Source: Candidatus Helarchaeota archaeon
GTDB lineage: Archaea > Asgardarchaeota > Lokiarchaeia > Helarchaeales > RDOG01
Assembly: GCA_019058315.1 (NCBI GenBank)
Contig: JAHPZH010000001.1
Span: forward strand, 695,536 to 759,535
Length of the DNA: 64,000 bases
Reading direction: 5' to 3'
The position numbers were made by a program, and so were the translations under genes. Each line of letters opens with the position of its first letter. Positions within the stretch are counted from its first letter, which is position 1. The notes below the pieces were generated by a model, which was not told where the DNA came from, searched no databases, and saw only the letters and a list, made by a program, of their open reading frames with translations. Shown in pieces: positions 19,503-28,952 of this stretch.

Positions 19503-21338
19503 ATGTTAAAAGCAAATACAAAAAAAAATGCAATAAATCAATTGGAATTTTCTCCTGAAGAGGATAAATTCAAAGTCTATCGTGAAAAAGGAGTAAATAA
19601 TTGGATAATTGCCCACATTTTGAAAGGATCTAATAAATTAATTCTGATTTTAATGATTATTTTAATTATTGGGAGATCTTTACTTACTTCTGGTAATGTT
19701 GTAATAACTGGTGCCGCAATTTCCGAATTTATAAGCGGAAACACAGCAAATCTTGGATATTATGTATTAGTTATTTTATTATTGGGTATTGCAACTGCTG
19801 TAACACAGATATTAAATATTTATTTTCGTGAAGTTTTAGCACAAAGGATGGAAAGAGATACCCGAAGGGAGTTTTATACAAGTTTATTAGGTAAATCTCA
19901 AAGTTTTCATGATCTCCAAAGAATTGGCGATATTATGGCTAGAACTACTAATGATGTAAGAATGTTAAATTTTCTAATAAGCCCTGCTGTATCTTTAATT
20001 ATAGTAGCTGCTACAACTCTCGTAACCCCCATTATTTACATTATATTATATTATCCAATTGAATTAATTCTTACCCCAATCATATTTAATGTTTTATTTA
20101 TAATCACATTACGTGCTTATAGCAATAGACTAGCCCCTGTCACTGGAACATTACGAATGGAATTTGGATTAATGAATGCAAATTTAACAGAAAGCCTCGA
20201 AGGCATAGAAGTTGTAAAAGGTAGTACTCAAGAACAATTTGAGTTGAAAAAATACCTCTTGAATGCAAAAAAATATCGTGATGCATTTATTGAGCAGGGT
20301 TACATTCAAGCTAAATATCTACCTATACTATTTTTAGCTTTGGCAATGTCTGCCGGTTTTACACACTCAATAATTTTATTTTTGAATGGAGAAATTAATA
20401 TTGGTCAAATTATTTCATATTCAGGGTTACTAACACAGTTAAGTTTTCCCACATATATCTCAATTTGGGTTTTTATTATCGTTAAATTAGCGAAGGCAGG
20501 AGCGGAACGTTTAATTGAATTAATGAATCAAGAAACAGAAATTATGGAACCTATTGAAGGAATTACAAAGAAGATTAATGGAAATATAGAATTTAAAAAT
20601 GTATCATTCAAATATCCAAATACTGAAAAATTAGTTTTAAAAAATATTTCGTTCGAACTTAAATCAGGGCAAACGGTGGCTATTGTTGGAACAACAGGAT
20701 CTGGGAAAAGTACTCTTACAAAATTATTATCTCGTTTATATGATGTTTCCGAAGGTAAAATTTTAATAGATGACATAGACATCCGTGATTACACTCTAAA
20801 ATCTTTAAGAACACAAATTTCATATATTGAGCAAGATATTTTTTTATTTTCTACATCTGTACTTGAAAATATTTCATTTGGTAGAGCAGGTTCAATGGAA
20901 GAGGTTGTTCAAGTTTCTAAACAAGCACAAGCTCATGAATTCGTTACTGCTTTACCAAATAGTTATGAATCTGAAGTAGGAGAAAGAGGTGTACAATTAA
21001 GCGGGGGAGAGAAACAAAGAATTGCTATTGCGCGTTCCTTTCTTACAGATACTCCATTATTAGTTCTTGATGATTCTACATCTGCAATTGATTCCGATAC
21101 TGAAGATAAAATTCAACGTGCTATTAATATAGTAAGACGTGGTCGAACCACTTTTTTAGTTACTCATCGTTTAAGTCAGATCCGGTGGGCTGATTTAATC
21201 CTTGTCTTAAAATCAGGTCGATTAGTTGCCAAAGGTACACACGAAGAATTGATGGAGATTTCTCCAGAATACAAAAAGATTTTTGTTAAAAAATTTGATT
21301 TGCAAGTTACTACTCAATGTGAGGAGGAGGGAGTGTAA
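19503..21338 (+). CDS. ABC exporter, fused permease/ATPase (heterodimer subunit 1)
   Basis: TM domain, Walker A GTTGSGKST, LSGGEKQR, degenerate Walker B LVLDD, THRL. Confidence 0.9.
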   Translation: MLKANTKKNAINQLEFSPEEDKFKVYREKGVNNWIIAHILKGSNKLILILMIILIIGRSLLTSGNVVITGAAISEFISGNTANLGYYVLVILLLGIATAVTQILNIYFREVLAQRMERDTRREFYTSLLGKSQSFHDLQRIGDIMARTTNDVRMLNFLISPAVSLIIVAATTLVTPIIYIILYYPIELILTPIIFNVLFIITLRAYSNRLAPVTGTLRMEFGLMNANLTESLEGIEVVKGSTQEQFELKKYLLNAKKYRDAFIEQGYIQAKYLPILFLALAMSAGFTHSIILFLNGEINIGQIISYSGLLTQLSFPTYISIWVFIIVKLAKAGAERLIELMNQETEIMEPIEGITKKINGNIEFKNVSFKYPNTEKLVLKNISFELKSGQTVAIVGTTGSGKSTLTKLLSRLYDVSEGKILIDDIDIRDYTLKSLRTQISYIEQDIFLFSTSVLENISFGRAGSMEEVVQVSKQAQAHEFVTALPNSYESEVGERGVQLSGGEKQRIAIARSFLTDTPLLVLDDSTSAIDSDTEDKIQRAINIVRRGRTTFLVTHRLSQIRWADLILVLKSGRLVAKGTHEELMEISPEYKKIFVKKFDLQVTTQCEEEGV

Positions 21339-23162
21339 ATGGCATTTTTTGGTCTTGAAGCTGAAGAATATGATCGTAAATATAAAGATATAGAGTTATC
21401 TAAAAGGATATTAAATTATTTCACTCCTTATAATCGAAAGTTAGTTATCGTCATTATATTCCTAACAGCATCATCCGTCTCAAGCGCTATGGGTCCTATC
21501 TTAGCCAGAACATTAGTAAATAATCTCGAAACAACTCGTGATATTTCCTATTTAATTTTGGTAGTTCTAATAATTTTTATTTTAAATATCATTGCATTTA
21601 TCTTCAATTATTTTCGACAAATAAATTCGGCTGCTGTTATAGGAAATGTTGTTTTTGATTTGAGAAAAGATGCTGTCACAGCAATCTTAGAAAGAGATCT
21701 TTCATTTTTTGACAAAAATCCAATTGGAAAAGTTGTTAGTAGAATAAATACTGATAGCAGAGATTTTGGGGAAGCAATAAACCTTTTTATGCAATTTATT
21801 TCATCCCTCTTGATAATGGTTATTATCATTTCATTTATGATTACGATAGATCTGATATTATTTATAATATTAGTATCTATAATTCCTTGTTTTTTCATTA
21901 TAGCACTTACTTTCAGGAAAGCGGCAAGAAAAGCAACACTATTAGGTCAAAGAGCTCTTGCAAGAGTAAATAGTTTTGTTCAAGAGAGTTTTGCTGGAAT
22001 TCAAGTAGCAAAGACATTTAGACAGGAGGCAAAACTTTACGAAAAATTTAACGAAATAAATAATCAAAGTTACAAAGTTAATTTAAAAAGAGGAGTAACA
22101 CTGACATCTATTTTCCCTACATTAAATATAGTTCAAGGTATTATTTTACCACTAATAATTTATTTTGGTGCTATTGCTTTAAGATTTGGTAATATTGGAA
22201 GCATCCTCGGACTAGGTCTTGGCGCTGGTGATTTCTATTTATTTATTCAAAGTCTTTGGCAACTCTTTTTTCCATTGTTAACAATTGCTAATTTTTGGCC
22301 ACAATTTCAGGCTGGGTTATCTGCAGCTGAAAGGATTTTCTCTATTATTGACACACCCCCAGAAGTTATTCAAACAGGGAACAAACAACCTGAACAATTA
22401 GGAGAAATTGAATTTAAGAATCTAACATTTATGTATGATGAAAATAAAAATGTTTTTGATAATTTCTCTCTAAAAGTTCGTCCAGGGGAATCAATTGCAA
22501 TAGTGGGTCATACTGGAGCTGGAAAATCGACGATGGCAAAACTTTTAACTAGATTCTATGAATTTCAAGAAGGAGATATTCTAATAGATAGTGTAAGTAT
22601 TCGAGATTTTGACCTTAAAGCATATCGAAAATTAATCGGTTTTATTCCACAAGATCCTTTTCTCTGGGGAGAAACTATCGAAAATAATATTAAATATGGG
22701 AAATCTAATGCACGAAACGAAGAGGTGATGTGGGCCCTTGATCAAGCAGGTGGTTCTGACTGGATTAATGATCTGGATAATGGCTTAAAAACGAAAGTTG
22801 GTGAAAGAGGAAAGTTATTATCAATGGGACAACGCCAATTAGTAGCCTTCGCTCGAGTATTGCTCGAAAACCCCTCCATCTTCATTCTAGACGAGGCAAC
22901 CGCATCCGTAGACCCATTTACTGAAACTCGTATTCAAGAAGCTCTCCAAACTATCCTAAAAGAACGCACTTCTATTATCATTGCTCATCGTCTATGGACA
23001 GTTCGCCATGTGGACCGAATAATAGTATTAGACCATGGAAAAATTGTTGAAGAAGGAAATCATGATGAGTTAATGAAGAAATGTGGGGTATATGCTAATC
23101 TCTATAATACCTATTTTAGACATCAATCACTTGATTACATCGAAAAAGCAAAAAATCTTTAG
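21339..23162 (+). CDS. ABC exporter, fused permease/ATPase (heterodimer subunit 2)
   Basis: GHTGAGKST, LSMGQRQ, ILDEAT, AHRL. Abuts the previous gene, with GGAGG upstream. Confidence 0.9.
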   Translation: MAFFGLEAEEYDRKYKDIELSKRILNYFTPYNRKLVIVIIFLTASSVSSAMGPILARTLVNNLETTRDISYLILVVLIIFILNIIAFIFNYFRQINSAAVIGNVVFDLRKDAVTAILERDLSFFDKNPIGKVVSRINTDSRDFGEAINLFMQFISSLLIMVIIISFMITIDLILFIILVSIIPCFFIIALTFRKAARKATLLGQRALARVNSFVQESFAGIQVAKTFRQEAKLYEKFNEINNQSYKVNLKRGVTLTSIFPTLNIVQGIILPLIIYFGAIALRFGNIGSILGLGLGAGDFYLFIQSLWQLFFPLLTIANFWPQFQAGLSAAERIFSIIDTPPEVIQTGNKQPEQLGEIEFKNLTFMYDENKNVFDNFSLKVRPGESIAIVGHTGAGKSTMAKLLTRFYEFQEGDILIDSVSIRDFDLKAYRKLIGFIPQDPFLWGETIENNIKYGKSNARNEEVMWALDQAGGSDWINDLDNGLKTKVGERGKLLSMGQRQLVAFARVLLENPSIFILDEATASVDPFTETRIQEALQTILKERTSIIIAHRLWTVRHVDRIIVLDHGKIVEEGNHDELMKKCGVYANLYNTYFRHQSLDYIEKAKNL

Positions 23163-23193
23163 AAATATTGGGTGTATTTAATTCTAATTATAA

Positions 23194-24228
23194 TTACGGG
23201 TTTTTTCTTATAGCTTTTATTATAGAAATTATAAATAATATAACTCCGATTCCAATTCCAAGAATAACACCAAATAAAAAGAATAAAAAAGAAAAATCCG
23301 GAATAAACTTAATCAATGTGGATGTTAATGTAAAGGTAAAAGCTAAAATAATGAATAATTTCCAGGAAAATTCAATTGGTGGCTTATAATTTTCTTTTAT
23401 CAATTGTTCTTTAGATTTTCTAAGATTAAGATAAAATAAAATGAATATAATAGCATATAATATCCAAATTATTATTTGTGAACCAATATCGGGAAGGGCT
23501 TCAGGTCTTATTATAATACCAGTAATTAAATATAATATTATTGTAAAAACAAGAAGAATAAAGAATTGCTTTTGATTTGGTAATAATTGATACATGGTAA
23601 ATTTCACTCCACCAGTTTTCTTTCTCCAAATTAATACTAATATCCCAAGAATTATAGTTAAAGTGAATCCAGATAGTAATGAATGTGCAGGTTTAAACGA
23701 ATTAATACTTTGGAATCCACCGCACCATAGCGCAAATAATATTAGTATTAAATAGCTTTTTCTCTTTGAACTGAATAAATTTTGAACTTTTTCTGGGGCA
23801 TAGTTCATTATATCTCTTGATTTAGTAAGCAAATTTTCAGAACATAATAAAGGAATTATAAAAGCAAAAAATGCATGCCACCAAAAAACTAAAAGAAAGA
23901 ACTCGAAAACAGCTATTCCACCCAATTTAAAAGTGTTAGGTGCCCAATAAGGTTCCCAAAGAACCTTGGTAATATAAGCTTCATACATTCCATATATCAT
24001 ACCAGCTAAAAAAAGTGTATAAATATTCGGTTTTCCATGATTAAACACTATATATGATAAGACTAGTATATGAAGAGTGTATAATGGAAAAGTCACACAT
24101 AAACTCCATAGATCATAATAAGGTAACATTGTAGCCCCTGAAATAACTTCGGCAAATAGAAACGAAAAATTCCCTAAAATAATCCAAAAAAACAACTTCA
24201 ATTTTTTAGATGGTTCTAGTTCAATCAT
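23194..24228 (-). CDS. Conserved-looking multi-pass membrane protein
   Basis: About 10 hydrophobic segments and polar motifs FAEVISG, GMYEAYITKVLW, WWHAF. ATG 24228 is chosen; the ORF track extends to GTG 24300. Confidence 0.6.
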   Translation of the reverse strand: MIELEPSKKLKLFFWIILGNFSFLFAEVISGATMLPYYDLWSLCVTFPLYTLHILVLSYIVFNHGKPNIYTLFLAGMIYGMYEAYITKVLWEPYWAPNTFKLGGIAVFEFFLLVFWWHAFFAFIIPLLCSENLLTKSRDIMNYAPEKVQNLFSSKRKSYLILILFALWCGGFQSINSFKPAHSLLSGFTLTIILGILVLIWRKKTGGVKFTMYQLLPNQKQFFILLVFTIILYLITGIIIRPEALPDIGSQIIIWILYAIIFILFYLNLRKSKEQLIKENYKPPIEFSWKLFIILAFTFTLTSTLIKFIPDFSFLFFLFGVILGIGIGVILFIISIIKAIRKNP

Positions 24229-24307
24229 GTTTATTTCATAAGTAACATTATCAAATTCATTCTTTGAATTTTTATTATCTACAACATCCAAAATTATCAC
24301 TATAAAA

Positions 24308-24406
24308 TTAGATAGTTCCTAACATGGAAATCCCACTAATTATTAAAATAATACATATGATGATAATAATAACAATTGAATTAATTAATTCCTCCTTATT
24401 TTTCAA
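24308..24406 (-). pseudogene. Truncated 5' remnant (32 codons) of the Zn-ribbon membrane protein family
   Basis: Reads (L/M)KNKEELINSIVIIIIICIILIISGISMLGTI*. The upstream TGGGAGTCAAAAAATTGAAAAAT matches TGGGAGTTTAAAAACTTGAAAAAT at the start of gene 27528..28007. Confidence 0.6.
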
Positions 24407-24438
24407 TTTTTTGACTCCCATTGAATATAAGAGATAAT

Positions 24439-25233
24439 TTAATAATCTAAAACCGTCCCGCAATATTCACATTCACAAGGTGGTTTTTTTCTTAAAGGTG
24501 CATGGCATGCAGGACATTTTTTGATTAATATTTTTCTTTTTAGTCTTCTCTTTGATACTGCTTGAGATATATCTCTATATGGTCTTCTCTCGATAGGTTC
24601 ATATGAACTATATTGCGAACTCCTTCTTTTTTCTTCTTTTGAGTTTTCATAAAAAGCAAATTGAAAAATTATACCTACAATACCAATAAGAATCATAAAA
24701 AATCCAATAATTACTGTTGACGAATAAGGTTTAAGAAGTTCATATAATATTGTAGTCATAAGAAGAATATCCTCATTTGAGGATGATGAAAATAATAATA
24801 GAAATATCATAATCCTAAAACTGTTTACAGAAAATCTGTTCCTTTGGGAGTAAAAAATGTTTACTCCTCCGATTATTATTGAGACTATACAAATTATAAT
24901 TAATATAGGTTTAAGAACTGTTTTTTGCCGTTTTGTTAATTTAGAGCTAAGAAATGAATGACTTTTACCAGTTATAATAAGAAAACCAATAATTCCTATA
25001 ATATTTATTACAATTCCCGCAATAAATATATTATTATTAGGTCTCGATTCGTTATATATTGCTACTAAAACTGCCCAATTCATACTTTGTTCAAATAGTA
25101 AATAACCAGATAACAATTCTAATTCGTTACTTGTTTTAATGACAAATATTATTACATTTATTCCACCAATTACTAATAAAACCATTATAATGATTCCGAT
25201 AAATAAAAGAAATATTTTTTGCCAATCTTTCAT
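24439..25233 (-). CDS. Array gene A: membrane protein (2 hairpin modules) with C-terminal Zn-ribbon
   Basis: Hydrophobic modules, an Arg-rich linker and CPACHAPLRKKPPCECEYCG. Confidence 0.75.
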   Translation of the reverse strand: MKDWQKIFLLFIGIIIMVLLVIGGINVIIFVIKTSNELELLSGYLLFEQSMNWAVLVAIYNESRPNNNIFIAGIVINIIGIIGFLIITGKSHSFLSSKLTKRQKTVLKPILIIICIVSIIIGGVNIFYSQRNRFSVNSFRIMIFLLLFSSSSNEDILLMTTILYELLKPYSSTVIIGFFMILIGIVGIIFQFAFYENSKEEKRRSSQYSSYEPIERRPYRDISQAVSKRRLKRKILIKKCPACHAPLRKKPPCECEYCGTVLDY

Positions 25234-25290
25234 TTTTTTCTATTCCTTCTTCATAAAATTATTTTAGAATAATAATAATCTCTTACTTTT

Positions 25291-25347
25291 TTATCCAACA
25301 AGTCTTCCACAATATTCACATTCACAAGGAGGAGAATTCATTAATGG
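25291..25347 (-). pseudogene. Orphan 3' fragment of a gene-D-type Zn-ribbon end
   Basis: Reads PLMNSPPCECEYCGRLVG*, compared with gene D PLRKSPPCECEYCGRLIG*. Confidence 0.7.
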
Positions 25348-25354
25348 GTTTATT

Positions 25355-25444
25355 TCATTTAACAATTGATCCACAATATTCGCCTTCACAAAGTAGTTTC
25401 TTTCTTAAGGAGGCATGACAAGTATGACATTTTGAAAGGGTTAT
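25355..25444 (-). pseudogene. Orphan decayed 3' fragment of a gene-C-type Zn-ribbon end
   Basis: Reads ITLSKCHTCHASLRKKLLCEGEYCGSIVK*, compared with gene C LTLSKCPACHAPLRKKPPCECEYCGSIVK*. Confidence 0.75.
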
Positions 25445-25505
25445 TTTTTATATATTTTATTATTATCAATTTTTTTTGGCTACCTAATTGAATATCATAA
25501 ATAAT

Positions 25506-26282
25506 TTAATAATCTAAAACCGTTCCGCAATATTCGCATTCACAAGGTGGTTTTTTTCTTAAAGGCGCATGACATGCAGGACATTTTTTGATTGTTATTT
25601 TTCTTTTTGGTCTTCTTTTATATAGTTCTTGAGATATAGCCCTATATGGACTTATCCCAATTGGTTCATATCTTCTGTATCGTGAACTCCTTCTTACTAT
25701 TTTTCCTGAAGATTTATAAAAACTTAATTGAAAAAATAGAGTTGCCACTCCAATTATAGAAGTCACAATTCCAATAATTTGAGGTGAAGAATAGGGATTA
25801 AGTGAGTTAAGCAAAAATAAAATAATTAATCCAAAATCTACATCAAATAATATTATTATTAAACCATAAATATTTAATCTTTGTTTCGCATTTTGCATAA
25901 TAAAAAATAAGCTTACTCCACCTATCAACATGACTAAACTAATTATTATTAAAATAGGTTTAAGTATTGATTTTTGTCTTTCACTTAATTTAGAATTCAG
26001 ATGCGAATGACTTTTACCTGTTATAATAAAAAATCCAACAACACCTATACCAATTAATACAATTCCCGTAATAAACATATTGCGATTAGGTCTAGATCCG
26101 CTATAAAATCCTACTATAACCGCTAATTCATAATTTTTTTCAAATAAGAAATAACCCGAAAAAAACCCTAATTCGTCTTTCGTTTTAATGACAAATATTA
26201 TTGCATTTATTCCACCAATTACTAATAAAACCATTATAATGATCCCGATAACTAAAAGAAATATTTTTTGCCAATCTTTCAT
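25506..26282 (-). CDS. Array gene B: membrane protein (2 hairpin modules) with C-terminal Zn-ribbon
   Basis: N-terminus MKDWQKIFLL and C-terminus KKCPACHAPLRKKPPCECEYCGTVLDY are identical to gene A, while the internal loops have diverged. Confidence 0.75.
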   Translation of the reverse strand: MKDWQKIFLLVIGIIIMVLLVIGGINAIIFVIKTKDELGFFSGYFLFEKNYELAVIVGFYSGSRPNRNMFITGIVLIGIGVVGFFIITGKSHSHLNSKLSERQKSILKPILIIISLVMLIGGVSLFFIMQNAKQRLNIYGLIIILFDVDFGLIILFLLNSLNPYSSPQIIGIVTSIIGVATLFFQLSFYKSSGKIVRRSSRYRRYEPIGISPYRAISQELYKRRPKRKITIKKCPACHAPLRKKPPCECEYCGTVLDY

Positions 26283-26339
26283 TTTTTTCTATTCCTTCTT
26301 CATAAAATTACTTTAGAATAATAAAGAATTCTTACTTTT

Positions 26340-26396
26340 TTATCTAACAAGTCTTTCACAATATTAACATTCATTAGGAGGAAAATTCCTTAAGAG
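26340..26396 (-). pseudogene. Orphan decayed gene-D-type Zn-ribbon end with internal stop
   Basis: Reads LLRNFPPNEC*YCERLVR*. It is the counterpart of 25291..25347 at an offset of 1049 nt. Confidence 0.65.
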
Positions 26397-26403
26397 TTTT
26401 ATT

Positions 26404-27471
26404 TTATTTAACAATTGATCCGCAATATTCGCATTCACAAGGTGGTTTCTTTCTTAGGGGGGCATGACAAGCAGGACATTTTGAGAGGGTTAATTTTTTT
26501 TGTGGTCGCCTCCTGATTATTGGACCTGGTCGATATTTCCGATAATCTGTTGCTGGGTAGGCATAAGATGTTGATAAAGCTTGTATTGCTGGATATTTAT
26601 AAATTATTATTGAGACTACCGAACCTAAAACACCAATAACTGTCATTAGAATTCCAGAAATGAATTCTGGTGAATATGATTGAAATCCCATTCCTATTAT
26701 TATTAGTATTTCCACTAGAGATTCCAAATTAATATATATTGATGTTATTAACAAAATAGTCAATTTTTTAGTTTTTTGTTGAAAACCTAATATTGTCGCA
26801 ATTCCAATAATTAATGAAATAATACAAATTATAATTATTATTATTATAAATCCTAAAATTTGTCGATCCTCGAATTTGGAGTGAAAATCTGGACTTTTTC
26901 TTATAGTTGAAATGCACGTAGCTGCAATTCCAAATCCCGTCATCACAATTCCAATAATAAATGTTGAGTAATGAGGTTTAAGCCCATCATAAACAGCTCC
27001 TAAAAACACCATTTCTTTACTTCCTTCATTAATGATAATTAATGCCATTATAAGAGATGAGGATTCACGGCGGTTTTGAACAGAATTTAATAACATATTA
27101 ATTCCAGTAATCGCCAAAATGATGCAGATTATAATAAAAATAATCGTGATTATATTCTTTTGATGATCATCCAAATTGGAATATAAATCTGGACCTTTGG
27201 TAATTGTTAAAACGAATGTACCTACAATTCCAAGAATGATCATTATCATCCCTGCAATATAAATCGGTAAATGAGGGTTCATTACATTATAAATTAGTCC
27301 TAACAAGAAAAAACCTTCCTTGGCATTGGTAAAGAATATTGATGTTACGATAAGAGATTCCATTAATGTCTTTGTTTCGAATGAACTAGTTATTGTTGTA
27401 ATTCCTATTATTATTAAAAAAACAAAGATGACAAGAGCTAAGATAATAAGAGATACTTCTTTTCTATTCAA
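26404..27471 (-). CDS. Array gene C: membrane protein (3 hairpin modules) with C-terminal Zn-ribbon
   Basis: Three ~98-aa repeats (..KGPDLYSNLDDHQK / ..KSPDFHSKFEDRQ linkers) and CPACHAPLRKKPPCECEYCG. AGGAGG precedes the TTG start. Confidence 0.75.
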   Translation of the reverse strand: MNRKEVSLIILALVIFVFLIIIGITTITSSFETKTLMESLIVTSIFFTNAKEGFFLLGLIYNVMNPHLPIYIAGMIMIILGIVGTFVLTITKGPDLYSNLDDHQKNIITIIFIIICIILAITGINMLLNSVQNRRESSSLIMALIIINEGSKEMVFLGAVYDGLKPHYSTFIIGIVMTGFGIAATCISTIRKSPDFHSKFEDRQILGFIIIIIIICIISLIIGIATILGFQQKTKKLTILLITSIYINLESLVEILIIIGMGFQSYSPEFISGILMTVIGVLGSVVSIIIYKYPAIQALSTSYAYPATDYRKYRPGPIIRRRPQKKLTLSKCPACHAPLRKKPPCECEYCGSIVK

Positions 27472-27527
27472 TATATTTTTTCCTCCTTTCTTATATGAAG
27501 ATTTTAAATAGGATAATTATCATTCTA

Positions 27528-28007
27528 CTATCCAATTAATCTTCCACAATATTCACATTCACAAGGTGGTGATTTTCTTAAAGGTGCTTTACAAGCTGGA
27601 CAAAATGTTATCTCAATTTTCTTTCTTTTTCTTACCCTGAATATACTTCTTGGTTTAATATGTTGATAACTTGAATAAACTGGTTTAGAGCGGGTTTTAT
27701 TAAAAATTATTAATGAAACGAATAATACAATTACACTTATTATAATCATTGCAACTCCAGAAACGAAATTTGAATAATATGGACCTTCTCCAAACATTAA
27801 GTACATACTATAAAAAAACATAAAATTAAATACATCATCAAATGTATCACTAAATGGATCAATAAAAATCGGTAAAATAAATGTTAAATTCATTAGTTGC
27901 ATTCTACCTCTGAAAGCATTTACGACAGTTACTATTCCAATAATTATAAAAATAATACAAATTATTATTATAGCCCCTAAAATTATATTTTTTATTTCAT
28001 TTTTCAA
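27528..28007 (-). CDS. Array gene D: membrane protein (1 hairpin module) with C-terminal Zn-ribbon
   Basis: One module and CPACKAPLRKSPPCECEYCG. GGGAG precedes the TTG start. Confidence 0.75.
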   Translation of the reverse strand: MKNEIKNIILGAIIIICIIFIIIGIVTVVNAFRGRMQLMNLTFILPIFIDPFSDTFDDVFNFMFFYSMYLMFGEGPYYSNFVSGVAMIIISVIVLFVSLIIFNKTRSKPVYSSYQHIKPRSIFRVRKRKKIEITFCPACKAPLRKSPPCECEYCGRLIG

Positions 28008-28099
28008 GTTTTTAAACTCCCAATAACTCCATCACATAGAATCATCATAAAATTAAAAATTTAAATATATTGAATTAGGAATTTATTAATTCATTTTAA

Positions 28100-28130
28100 T
28101 GATTTGAATTTATATTAATTTTTCAAATCA
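28100..28130. promoter_or_regulatory. 9-bp inverted repeat (TGATTTGAA-N13-TTCAAATCA) between ogg and the array: possible operator or terminator
   Basis: Perfect arms at 28100-28108 and 28122-28130, with an all-A/T spacer. Confidence 0.35.
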
Positions 28131-28201
28131 CTAAATTATTGAATTATAAAATCAAATTACGGAATATATAGAATAAAATAAGAACTTTTTTATATCTATT
28201 T

Positions 28202-28831
28202 TTATTTCAATATTTTTCCAGTTTCCATATACCAAAGATATAGATCTAATTCCCCAAGAGTCAAATTCAATTCTCCTGCCATCTTCTTTAATATTTCTTC
28301 GATTTGTAAATATTTTGTTTTGGATAAAGATTTTGGTTTTTCATCAATTAATTTATTCTTAATCAATAAATCAATTATATGGAAATCAATTATAGCGAGA
28401 TTTTTAAAACCGATATTTCTTAAAAAATGGCTAGCTTCTTTGTAACCTAAACCTTTAATGTTTTTAACTAACCAATTTCTCAATTCATTCTCATTTTCAT
28501 AGGAATTAATAATTTTTTTTATATTGTCTTTATATTTCCTACTAACATCGATATAATTGGCTCGTTTGTTATAGAAACGATATTTAACCTTTTTTAAACA
28601 TTTTGCTAGTTCCGCTTCTTGAAGAGTTAGAAAGTCATCACCAATTTCATCTTGCACCCTGATACACATTTCTGCACTACAGTTGGCGGTCATTATGCAA
28701 AAACAAAGCTCCTTAAAAATTTCATTAGACTCTTTTTCCCCCAATTCCTGAAACTCTCTGATACGATTATCTACTAATTCTTTAATGTTACTTTGTTTTA
28801 ATTCTTGAATGAATTCTAATAAGTCTTGCAT
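28202..28831 (-). CDS. ogg: 8-oxoguanine N-glycosylase/DNA lyase (archaeal/Thermotoga Ogg type)
   Basis: FKELCFCIMTAN, YRFYNKRA, HhH motif IKGLGYKEASHFLRN, AIIDFHI, LDLYLWY. Confidence 0.9.
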   Translation of the reverse strand: MQDLLEFIQELKQSNIKELVDNRIREFQELGEKESNEIFKELCFCIMTANCSAEMCIRVQDEIGDDFLTLQEAELAKCLKKVKYRFYNKRANYIDVSRKYKDNIKKIINSYENENELRNWLVKNIKGLGYKEASHFLRNIGFKNLAIIDFHIIDLLIKNKLIDEKPKSLSKTKYLQIEEILKKMAGELNLTLGELDLYLWYMETGKILK

Positions 28832-28952
28832 TAAGTGTTTAAGATAAAATTCATTTAAATTGTCTTTTATATAGTAATTTCATTTTTATTCTGCTCTCTA
28901 CTGATTTATATCTAAATTCAACAAGTTCTATATAGTAATGAAATAGGAAATA

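Larger units (their letters stand above)
24439..26500. repeat. Imperfect tandem duplication, unit ~1.05-1.07 kb (gene A + upstream vs gene B + upstream)
   Basis: Near-identical start regions (ttttatgaagaaggaatagaaaaaaaATGAAAGATTGG on the minus strand) at offset 1049, and near-identical 3' ends at offset 1067. Confidence 0.8.

Noticed and set aside
24439-27600. Zn-ribbon repeats as a diversity-generating retroelement (TR/VR) or CRISPR-like array
   Set aside because: Differences between copies are mostly synonymous or not adenine-specific. There is no reverse transcriptase or cas gene, and no regular repeat-spacer period.
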